From NCBI GenBank assembly GCA_944389455.1, contig CALXMK010000005.1, positions 3,483-67,482 of the forward strand: a stretch of DNA of 64,000 bases, written 5' to 3'. The DNA is from an uncultured Verrucomicrobiota bacterium (GTDB taxonomy: Bacteria > Verrucomicrobiota > Verrucomicrobiia > Limisphaerales > UBA1412). The notes below the pieces were generated by a model. That model was not told the DNA's origin. It was given only the letters and a program-made list of their open reading frames with translations, and searched no databases. Made by a program: the position numbers and the translations under genes. Below, piece after piece: positions 46,430 through 56,111 of the stretch (position 1 is its first letter; every line of letters starts with the position of its first letter).

Positions 46430-47841
46430 ATCTCAAAACACTTATCGCATTAATTGCCGCTGCACTCGTTATCGGAGGTCTCACCCTTAAAATGATGAAA
46501 AAGGACTCCGCCGAATGGCAGACGGTTCAGACTGATGGATTCCTCTTTGAAGGTTTGCCCATCAACGATGTTGATCAAATCAATATAACTAAAGGCTCTG
46601 ATACTCTAACTCTAGGCAGAGAAAATGAACTTTGGGTTGTAAAAAATCGCCTAAATTATCCGGCAGATTTTCAACAAATCAGTGGATTGGTACGAACTCT
46701 CTCCGAATTAAAGCCTCTGCGCACAGTGGAAGCAGGGCCAAGTCAATTTGGTAGATTAAATCTTCTTTCTCCTTCTGATGAAGAAACTAGTGGGACACTG
46801 CTGGAACTTCAAGGTACTAATGGTTCTTCCATCGCATCCATGCTTCTTGGCAAAATTTATATTCGTCAATCTGAAACTATGCGAAGCACCATGCCTGGAA
46901 TGAATGGAGAAGTTCCGGAAGGACGTTATATCCTAGTAGGAACTAATGCACCAGTGTACTTAGTAGGAGAAACATTTGAGAATATCACCGCCAATCCTAT
47001 ATCTTGGCTAAATAAAGACTTCATCAAAGTAGAGCGACTCTCCTCTGTTTCGGTACAATTCACAGGCGAATCCTCTCCGGATTGGACATTTACCCGTGAA
47101 AATGAAAACACTCCTTTTCAACTGGTTGATCGCGCAGAAAACGAAAATGTGGATGACTCCAAAACGAGAATTCTCTCTGGTGCCTTTTCCTATGCCGCTT
47201 TTAATGATGTCCTTTCTCCTGATACAGATCCAACTGTTACGCGCCTCAATGCTCCGACGATTGCGGTACTTAAAACCTTCGATGGTTTTACCTATACACT
47301 TAATATCGGCAAATTGACACCAGATGAAACTGGCCGCTATCTTTCGATTCAAGTTCAGGCACAGCTTCCTACAGAACGCATACCTGAAGCTAATGAAAAA
47401 GAAGAAGATAAAGAAAGACTTGATGCCGCATTCCAGGTTAATCTCACCCGATTACAAGAGAAATTGGAACGCGAAAAACAGTATGAAAAATGGATCTATA
47501 TCGTCTCTAATTGGAACGTGGAAAATCTGCTTAAAAACCGCATTAACTGGATGAAGGATTCTTCTGCAGAAAAAGAAAGCGCCCCGAACGAATCCATTCC
47601 TTTGATGCTAGAACCCACTCAAACAGATGAGACTCCACTAGATGAATCTCTTACAGAAGAGACTGGCGAACCCGCAGACTCTGCTGAGAACGAAGAACCT
47701 GTCTATATCGAAGAGACTGACGAAGAAATTATCAATAACGGAGAAGATGAGGTCCTTATCCTCGAGGATGAACTCCAAGCTCCTCAAGATATACAAGATG
47801 GTGATGATATAATTGACCATGACCAAGAGGATCCACTCTAG
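46426..47841 (+). CDS. DUF4340-like membrane-anchored protein with strongly acidic C-terminal tail
   Basis: Its start overlaps the GldG stop by 4 nt. It has an N-terminal TM helix (LIALIAAALVIGGLTL). The last roughly 90 residues are very rich in D/E (…EETDEEIINNGEDEVLILEDELQAPQDIQDGDDIIDHDQEDPL). The DUF4340 call is based on recalled gene-neighbourhood and architecture. Confidence 0.65.
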   Translation: MNLKTLIALIAAALVIGGLTLKMMKKDSAEWQTVQTDGFLFEGLPINDVDQINITKGSDTLTLGRENELWVVKNRLNYPADFQQISGLVRTLSELKPLRTVEAGPSQFGRLNLLSPSDEETSGTLLELQGTNGSSIASMLLGKIYIRQSETMRSTMPGMNGEVPEGRYILVGTNAPVYLVGETFENITANPISWLNKDFIKVERLSSVSVQFTGESSPDWTFTRENENTPFQLVDRAENENVDDSKTRILSGAFSYAAFNDVLSPDTDPTVTRLNAPTIAVLKTFDGFTYTLNIGKLTPDETGRYLSIQVQAQLPTERIPEANEKEEDKERLDAAFQVNLTRLQEKLEREKQYEKWIYIVSNWNVENLLKNRINWMKDSSAEKESAPNESIPLMLEPTQTDETPLDESLTEETGEPADSAENEEPVYIEETDEEIINNGEDEVLILEDELQAPQDIQDGDDIIDHDQEDPL

Positions 47842-47883
47842 TATCTAGCCAAAATATAATCACCTATATTCAAATATTTTGAA

Positions 47884-47920
47884 AAGCTTGGTTTTACAGT
47901 AAAACCAAGCTTTTTTTGTT
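47884..47920 (+). terminator. Rho-independent terminator of the ABC-2/DUF4340 operon
   Basis: AAGCTTGGTTTTA (47884-47896), a cag loop and TAAAACCAAGCTT (47900-47912) form a 13-bp perfect stem followed by TTTTTGTT. Confidence 0.85.
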
Positions 47921-48170
47921 CGAGTATGAGTGAAGAAATACTTCGCTTCCACTAGGAACAGAACACTATTATATTTCAGACCTATTCAATAAATTCAGAG
48001 ATATTTCGATTTTACCGCAGAAAATCAATAATTATTCTCATTTCCACTACAAAATAGAAAAAATAACGAGAAATAGATTCTGCTGTTCTAAATAACTTTA
48101 TATATAAAATAATGCTGTAAGATTATTTATAATAGCATTTTACAACACTCAATTCTAAAGTAAATACTTA

Positions 48171-50999
48171 TTATTCTATGACTTTTATAGAAATTTCATT
48201 TCCATCATAAACACATGTTCTTTCTATAATGTTTTGATTTGAAATAATACGGATTTTGAAAATTCTCTTACCATCCAATGAAGAGTTATAATTTATTTTT
48301 TCTCGATCAATTGTCAATATAGAATTAGCATCATCCCATTTTAAAATAATTATTGAATATTGTCCATTTTCATAGCCATAGCTATTCCCATCATCATCGT
48401 ACAATCTAAAACAACCATCTCTTCCGGCATAAATATTCAAAGTAATTGATTCCGATCTGTTTTCATCCATGTATTGTTTTATTTCTCCCATCGGAAGTAT
48501 GGAACCTGCCTTTACAAATATAGGTATTATTTGTAAAGGTGCTAATGCTTCTATTTTCTCACCTCCACAATATATTTTATTATTCCAAAAATCATACCAT
48601 TCACAACCCTCTGGTAAATATACTTATCTAGACTGGACTTCTGACTCTAGAACAGGGCACACCATTAAGGAAGGGCCAAACATGTATTGGTCATAGATAG
48701 AATGCACATTCTTATCGAATCGAAAATCAAATAATAACGGCCTCATTATAGTATAATCATCATGGTATGCCATTCCTGCCAAAGAATATATATAAGGAGA
48801 AAGCTGATAACGCAATTCAACAAATTTCTTCTGAATGAGATAAGATTCCTCTCCCATCAACCACATTTCTCTTCGAGGACCATTACCATGCGCCCGCATG
48901 ATAGGACAAAATGCTCCCCACTGAAACCAACGAGTGTATAATTCTCGATAGCCAGGATCCTGATTTAATAAAGGCCAGTCAACAGAATTCACAAAAAAAC
49001 CTCCAATATCTGTCGTCCAATAAGGCAATCCTGAGGCGGCAAAATTCAAACCACATTTTAGTTGCTTTTTGAAAACTTCCCATGTCCCCGTAATATCACC
49101 AGTCCACATCACTGTCCCATAAGACTGTTGTCCTGCAAATGCTGATCTTGTAAGGATTAGAACGCGGTTATCAGGATCGCACTGACGTTGCCCTTCGTAT
49201 ATTCCTTTTGTTTGCATCAAAGAAAATGCATTCAGATATCGAGCTCCTGTTCCTAAGTTATTTTGCATTACTTCTTTATACAAAAAAGGATCCGCAGGGG
49301 TAGAAATTTCCGGTTCTGAAGCATCTAGCCACCAAGCGTCCACTCCTTTATCATATAAGCACTCCTTCATTTGCTTCCAATAAACTTCTCTGCCCTCTTT
49401 TGAAAAAGGATTATAATACCAAGTTCCTTTATCCGTCCAAAAACTACAATTATTATAACGGAAGAGCAATCCTCTATCAAAAAGTTCTTTCCAATTATCA
49501 CTGCCACGTTGAAACATTCCCCAAACAGAAATCATATAATGAATATGTTTTTTGTGTGCTTCTTCAATCATCCCCTCAGGATCTGGATAACGAAGTTCGT
49601 CAAAATGATGAGACCCCCAAGGATAATTTCCCCAATACCCTAAATCTTGTACAAGCACATCTATTGGAATCCTGCGTTTACGAAATTCATCAATTAATGC
49701 CAAATATTCTTTTTGCGTATTAATTCCAATATGAGAATGCCAATAACCATAAGCCCAGCGAGGCAATATAGATGCCTTGCCCGTTAATTTGCGATATCCG
49801 CTGATTACCTTATCCAGCTCTGGACCATAGATAAAATAATAATCAACCATGTCGCCTACTTCTGACCACATAGTTATACCATCATAACTCTCCGTTGCCG
49901 GCGGACTCCATCTCAATTGAACAGCTCCATTATTAGGATCGTGCAATTTATCATCTACATCTTTCTGCCATTCATAACGAATCTTGTAACGAGTATTTGC
50001 CTCTAAATTAATTTTTCCATTTAAATACAAATCAGTAGTATTATAGCCATCTATAATTAAAGTATTATTAATCCATAATCTAATCTTATGAGTAGTAAAG
50101 GCATTAAATGTATATATATCAGCATGTAATGTTTTAACTTCTCCTTCCCAACGAACTGTAAATTTGCCCGGATTAATACGACTGTCCAATGGTTTTGAAA
50201 CCCAATTGGGATCTATTGTAAAAGAATTATCTATCTGAGGGCCAAAAGTCTTGAAGTCAAAATTTATCACTGAATCTCGACGAATCTTACATAATTCCTC
50301 AAAATTTGTCCCATTATAATATGAGCCTGTTAAAGCTCCCTGTACTCCATCTTTATCATATAATAAATCTGAAGGAATAAAATCTTGGGTTACGGGAAAA
50401 CCAAAACGAGAGTGAGAATAATTATCCCATAAAACACCATATCCTCTGTTTGATAAAAAGAAAGGAACTACAATTTCCCAATTCTCCTGCCATAAATCAA
50501 TATCAGAACCTTTTAGATTATATAAATTGTTCTGATGATGTCCCAATCCATGAATAACTTCATCATCTGTACTTACCCATTGTTGTCTAATATTCCAAGT
50601 CTTTTCATCACAAACAATGTCAGGTGTTATTTTTGTTCCATTTTCACGTTCCTCCAGTAATATTTTGCCATATATATCCTTGAAAACAACTTTACCATTT
50701 TCACGTTCTACAGAAACAATCAATTGTGAAGTCTTCACTTGTAATACATTTTCATCTTCTATTATATCAAATTCAGGAGTATTAACTGATTTCTGTATAA
50801 CTAAACTTTTTCGATCAGAAAATGTATTAATCGGAGATGTTATCACTCTGACTATATCATCACTAATCACCTGCAACTTAACTTTTCCTTTTTGAGTCTC
50901 CAATGAAATTCCATCATTCAAACAGACATATTCATGCTGAGATGCAGCTAAACAAGTTGTAGCCCCTAATAATGCCAATAAAAATTTTACTAAATTCAT
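48171..50999 (-). pseudogene. GH31 glycoside hydrolase (alpha-xylosidase/alpha-glucosidase-like, with PA14 insert) interrupted by one in-frame TAA
   Basis: The 791-aa ORF carries a signal peptide, a PA14-like insert (GALTGSYYNGTNFEE...FTVRWEGEV...YTF), the GH31 nucleophile region (DAWWLDASEPE) and the acid/base region (WTGDITGTW). The same frame continues after the TAA at 48624-48626 as VYLPEG.EWYDFWNN...IPIFVKAGSILPMGE... into the 106-aa ORF, which is the GH31 C-terminal beta-sandwich. Confidence 0.8.
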
Positions 51000-51068
51000 A
51001 TCATTATATTTATAAAAATTTTTTCTCTTTAAAAGAATATATTGTCATATTTTCAAATTTATTACTTA

Positions 51069-53278
51069 TTAATTTAACAATCTAAGATTGTATTTTCCTC
51101 CTCTCTGTGTTTCTATATAATAAATACCATTTTCATCAGGTCTTATCATTGCTTTATGCCCCATAGCATCAGTTATCTCTATCGTAGAAGTCCAGCCTGA
51201 TACTTTAAAAGCACAGGCTTGCCCTTGTTCACTTGTTATACTCACTCTATATGATTTTCCATTCTTTCGTTCGGCACTAACTAAAAAAGCTCCTTGTGTT
51301 CTAAAATTTTTAAAGCAAACATCCTTCCATTTATCCGGAACTGCTGGAAATACCTGAATAATATCATTCCAGCTTTGCAGCAACATATAATTTATCGACT
51401 CTACTGCCGATAATGGAGTTTCAATCACCTGTCCACCCCCTTCCTTATACATTGTATTGGGTGTCAATTTTTGATCATACAGAAGATCTAACGTTTCCAG
51501 CGCATCATTCCCTTGTCCTAAGGTTGCTAACATAGCACATCCTCCCGTATATGTATATCCAGCATGGCCTGACTTCTTAGTCAAAGTAAGCCAGTGATTT
51601 ACAGATTTCTCTATCAGAGCTCTTTCCTGCGAATCATAGGGAGAAAGCAAGTGATAAGGATAAACTGCAAGCAAATGAGAATAATGGCGATGTCCCATTT
51701 CAAAACCCTGATCACGACTAATACGCAAACCATTCTTATCTTGAGGATAATCCGATAAATTCGAAAGAGTTTTACGCCAGACAAAAGCCTGAGCATCATT
51801 AAAACCAAAATATTCATTCATATCCAACAAGGACTGTAACACCCATTTAGCAGACATTAACGCGTAATTTGCATTCCAATATAATTCCTCAGTATACTCT
51901 GGAGAACGTGATAAAACCATCTCCAACTTCCCATCATCATTTTTTTCCATCTTGCTCAATAAAAATTGAGCACTCTCCTTCAGCATTGGAAATAATTTTC
52001 TACCATAGGTATCGTCCCCCGAATATTTCCAGTACTTCCAATAACAATGCAACAACCAAGGCATATTACCAAATTCATCTCCCCAAGTTGATTTTCCTTC
52101 GTAAGTAGAAGAGCGGCCTACAGTAATACCATCTGAACCTTGAGCGTTTTCATGAAATGCTCCACTATCAAATAACCGATTCATCCCATTTATAAAAGAT
52201 TTACCAACTTTTAACTTATTCGAACTATACATTGGCATATAAGACAGCTGCACATTCAAATTCCACCAAATAGCCGCCCAAGCACTTTCACAAATCCAAG
52301 GGCCTTGTGTATCCATAATCAAGTCGCTTTCTTCGGAAGAGGCACAAGCAAACTTATATAATTGTATCCACCAGAAACGCTGCCACTTAATATCTTGAGG
52401 CAACTCCAATGAAGACTCCTGATAGTATCGATGCCACCAATCACGATTCGTTTTCCGTAAATCTTCATAACAAACAGCAGAAGAAAGTCTTATTCTTGAA
52501 ATTGCTTCTTGTGTAGCTTCATCCACTGCCGCATTCATATCTCGATTATCACTAGTACCGATGGCCACATAAAGTAACTGCTTTTTCCCCTCTATAATTC
52601 TCTTTGAGACTACGGTATGTGCTCCCCTAGTCTTCATACGATTAACAATAATATTCATTCCATCCAATTGCTTTATTTCAGGATGCGGCGGCAAATACTC
52701 AGCATAATCAGCTGGATTCTTCTTCTCTAAATAAATCCGAGGAGTAATTCCCCATTCTGGACATACATCTAAAAAGGCTTTTCTTCCCCAGAAGCCAATA
52801 AAGAAACAATAAACACCTTATTCTTGCGATCCGACATTAGAGTCCATTCAAATTTTCCTTTCACAGTATTAACAGAACCATTAATTTCTCCATTCCAGAG
52901 ATCTAGTTTCATCCTCTCTTGTTTTGTATCCCCTTTTGGTGTAATTACTATCGAACCAGCATAAACTCTTGAATTGCAATACTCCCATTGAGGGATTGAA
53001 TAATGAGCTATCGCTTTATAATGGCCTAGAAGCATACGTAAACTATCCGAGTTATCTTTATCACGCATTACCATAGCCCCTTGCAATCCATCCCCTAAAA
53101 ACGCTCCATCATAAAAACTCGATGGGAAAGAGTCATTCCACTCTAATGCAGCATCTTCTACAAGATTTTGTGTTTCTTCAAATTTCTGTTCTGCATATCC
53201 AATGCAAACTTTAAAAAATGAAATAATTATCAAACTTAATAATAAGTAATATTTTTTCATAAACATAATTTTATTCAA
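51069..53278 (-). pseudogene. Secreted (alpha/alpha)6-type glycoside hydrolase, GH95-like, split by a 1-nt frameshift
   Basis: The 169-aa ORF (signal peptide plus N-terminal beta-domain, ...FLGDGLQGAMV...) ends at a TAG at 52769-52771. The reading frame of the 541-aa ORF is already open upstream of its annotated TTG start (…FLDVCPEWGITPRIYLEKKNPADYAEYLPPHPE…). Adding one base to the A5/T5 run at 52771-52775 joins both into about 736 aa. The family call is tentative, based on a DTQGPW....W..WWNLNVQLSYMP pattern reminiscent of GH95. Confidence 0.65.
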
Positions 53279-53326
53279 CTATTAAAATACTAATATTTTT
53301 ATATTCTAATTACATAGAGCTTCCTA

Positions 53327-53866
53327 TTATATATAAATATGTATATAAAGCCATTTTTCCTCGCATTGTCTGCTAGTTTTTTCAGCATATATCAGCGATT
53401 GGCAGAAATGATAATTTTCACTCATCACACTTTTAAACTCTTCTACCATTCTAGGATAATCTTTAATATCCGTGCTTCCCAATATACGAGAACCTTCCGA
53501 AACCTCAATCATCACTCCACTTTTTATCTTGAAAGTACCTGTCACATAATCTCCTTTTGAAAAAAGAACTACTCCACCTCCAGATTCTGAGCATGTATCT
53601 ATTGCTCTCTGAACAGCCATTGTATTTTTTGTTTGTCCATCACCTTTAGCTCCAAAACATTCTACCTTAAAAATCTGCTCAGGAACTTTCCAAGGAAGCA
53701 GATTTCTTTCTAAATTATCAGTAATTTGTTCTAATCTCTGCTTCATTGGTTGACACCACTCCACATCTTGGGCTATGGCTGTAGGAATATATAACAGAAT
53801 TATTATAACATAATTAATATAAATAGTCAAATATTGTTTCATTACTCTATTTTTTTGTATTATCAT
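53327..53866 (-). pseudogene. N-terminal fragment of a GH28/pectate-lyase-fold (right-handed beta-helix) glycosidase
   Basis: A signal/TM segment is followed by F.VECFGAKGDGQTKNTMAVQRAIDTCSESGGGVVLFSKGDYVTGTFKIKSGVMIEV, the typical start of GH28-like beta-helix enzymes. The ORF stops after 179 aa, against roughly 450 aa expected, and the next gene starts 48 nt later. Confidence 0.55.
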
Positions 53867-53888
53867 ATAATTTTTTAATCAAATCCTC

Positions 53889-53922
53889 TTGTTATTTATT
53901 ATCAATTGTTATTTATTATCAA
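53889..53922. repeat. Perfect 17-bp tandem duplication (TTGTTATTTATTATCAA x2)
   Basis: Read directly: 53889-53905 is identical to 53906-53922, 23 nt upstream of the GH28-like fragment start. Confidence 0.9.
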
Positions 53923-54119
53923 ATAAACTCCTTAGGTTAGATTGATGAATCTAAAAACCTAAATTATTCTAAAAATCCTATTTCTAAATTAGGAAATTCG
54001 AAATAAGAAATTGAAAGAATTATTTTATACTAAATACACCCTAGCTTAAATAGTTTATTTAAATATAGTGGATATTAATAAATTCAATCACTAGTGTCCA
54101 CTAAAAATTAGCATGCAAG

Positions 54120-54456
54120 TTAAAAATTTAAATTATCAAATAAATCTGGTTTATCAAGCCCGATTTGTTCTTTGACATCATTGAATTTAGTTTTTGCTAA
54201 CGAGAAAGCCTTGTCTGTAAAAGAAATGCCAAGAATTAACAGAACCTCGTATGTCGATCTGCCCAATTTCATATCATGTTGTATAATAGCCACACGACAA
54301 GTAGGCAATGGCTGCAGAGTAGAGCTGTATCTTTCTGCATTCTCGGAAGTATACCCCTATTTTCGGGTTCTGCTTGAACCATTTAAAGAACAGTTCTACT
54401 TAGCAACGATTTTTGTAAAGTTTCGCAATTTCAGGGCTGAATTTAGTGAACAATAA
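54120..54456 (-). mobile_element. Degraded 3' remnant of an IS4-family (DDE_Tnp_1) transposase gene
   Basis: The minus-strand translation reads LLFTKFSPEIAKLYKNRC*VELFFKWFKQNPKIGVYFRECRKIQLYSAAIAYLSCGYYTT*. After a frame change it continues CRVAIIQHDMKLGRSTYEVLLILGISFTDKAFS. This contains the IS4 Y-(2)-R-(3)-E-(6)-K signature with a stop inside it. Only about the last 110 codons remain. Confidence 0.6.
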
Positions 54457-54539
54457 TGAAATTCAATAAAATATTTAAATTAAAAATCTGATCTGGATCC
54501 GATTCAATCCAACTTAACTCTCTATATATAATAAATCTC

Positions 54540-56093
54540 CTATTTTTTTAAACGAGTTTTAATCATCTCTATGGCTTGTGTTACCTGAGGAAACCGCAAG
54601 CTATACGCTCCCACTAAATAAGAAAGACTTGCCACTCCCGCCGGAATAAATACTCCTCCTAATTTACTCAATAGATTCTCATGTCCAAAATACCGATCCC
54701 AAAAATCATAACCCAACCATGCAATAAGTCCTGTTATTCCTGCAAGCATCAGCATTTTCCCACCACTAATTAATAGTGGCCAATAATCCAACTTACTCAG
54801 AACTCTCTTCAAAGCCATTCCCAGCAAGACCATGTTAAGTAAAGAAGTCAGTGTATTAGCTACTCCTAACCCTGCCTGGCGAAAACGAAATACCAACAGC
54901 AGAGAAATAACAAGATTAATTCCCAGACAAAGAATACCAATTTTAGCCGGAGTCTTAGTATCTCCTAATGCGAAAAATGCCCTTGATAATAAATTGACAG
55001 AACCAAAAAAGACTAATCCCGGAGCCAAACAAATAAGTGCTAGTGCGGAACGCTGCGTAGCCACTTCACTAAAAGCCCCTCTTTCAAAAAGTAATCGTAT
55101 AATCGGCTCCGCCAGAACAACCAATAATGCCATTGCCAACATATTGATAAAAGCCAGATAGCTTAATCCGTCCAGCAATGTTTTACGAAATTCCACATAT
55201 TGTTTTTTACCGGCCAAGGCTGACAAAGCCGGCAACATCCATGTAGCTAATGAAATTGCAAAAACCCCCTGCGGTAACTCCATCAACCGAACCGCATAAT
55301 CAAACGAGGCTACCACATAATCTGCAATAAAAAATGAAAAAAAGCTAATTAGAAGCACATTAATCTGAAATGCAGCCACTCCCAATGTACTAGGAATCAT
55401 TTTATAAACAACCTCTTTCACAGTGGAATCCTTAAAAGGATTAACCCAATGGAAACGAAATCCCTGCTTATAAAGAAGAGGAGTGACAAAACTGCTCTGT
55501 GCTAATCCTGCAACCAGAACAGCATAAGCTAACGCATAAATTTGCTCTGGCAAAGTTTCTCCTATCAGAGGGGCAACACAGAGGACACTTGCAATTGCTA
55601 CAACATTAAGCATGGTCGCACTCAGAGCTGGAATAAAAAAGTAACCACGCGCGTTCGCCATGCCTATCAAAACTGCCGCTATACAAACCAGCAGCATATA
55701 TGGGAACATCACCCTCAGTAAACTGAACATCAACCAGGTATCGGGAGAAAGCTCAACAAATTGCAAAACAACACTTACACCCAGCAACACTACAGCAACT
55801 ATTGCTCCTGAAGCTATCAAAAGGCCACATAAAACCGCGTTTGCCGCTTTCCACGCACTTTCTTCTCCCTCCAGTAGCTCTTTATTTTTAAAAATTGGAA
55901 TGAACGCACCCGTCAATGCTCCTTCTCCCAGTAAGCGACGGAATAGATTAGGTATCTGAAAAGCTACTTTAAACGCACTGGCCACTGCCGTATCTCCCAT
56001 AAATGCGGCATAAACCATCTCTCGAACCATCCCCAACACCCGGCTCAACATTGTGGCTCCCGCCATCGCGCCGGAGGACTTAAGCATTCCCAT
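54540..56093 (-). CDS. murJ: Lipid II flippase MurJ (MviN)
   Basis: ATMLSRVLGMVREMVYAAFMGDTAVASAFKVAFQIPNLFRRLLGEGALTGAFIPIF is the hallmark MurJ N-terminus. The protein is polytopic and 517 aa long. Confidence 0.9.
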   Translation of the reverse strand: MGMLKSSGAMAGATMLSRVLGMVREMVYAAFMGDTAVASAFKVAFQIPNLFRRLLGEGALTGAFIPIFKNKELLEGEESAWKAANAVLCGLLIASGAIVAVVLLGVSVVLQFVELSPDTWLMFSLLRVMFPYMLLVCIAAVLIGMANARGYFFIPALSATMLNVVAIASVLCVAPLIGETLPEQIYALAYAVLVAGLAQSSFVTPLLYKQGFRFHWVNPFKDSTVKEVVYKMIPSTLGVAAFQINVLLISFFSFFIADYVVASFDYAVRLMELPQGVFAISLATWMLPALSALAGKKQYVEFRKTLLDGLSYLAFINMLAMALLVVLAEPIIRLLFERGAFSEVATQRSALALICLAPGLVFFGSVNLLSRAFFALGDTKTPAKIGILCLGINLVISLLLVFRFRQAGLGVANTLTSLLNMVLLGMALKRVLSKLDYWPLLISGGKMLMLAGITGLIAWLGYDFWDRYFGHENLLSKLGGVFIPAGVASLSYLVGAYSLRFPQVTQAIEMIKTRLKK

Positions 56094-56111
56094 GATTAAA
56101 ACTAAAACTCT

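Noticed and set aside
48624-48626. TAA in the GH31 gene as programmed readthrough or codon reassignment
   Set aside because: TAA terminates well-conserved genes at their expected ends elsewhere in this window, for example rsmI at 2411-2413 and ruvA. Reassignment is therefore excluded. No readthrough context is evident, so a nonsense mutation or sequencing error is more parsimonious.
52692-52694. TTG start proposed by the ORF track for the 541-aa hydrolase fragment
   Set aside because: The frame is open and protein-like for another roughly 40 codons upstream, and it joins the N-terminal 169-aa ORF by a 1-nt shift. The fragment would also lack a signal peptide and N-terminal domain. It is treated as part of one frameshifted gene.
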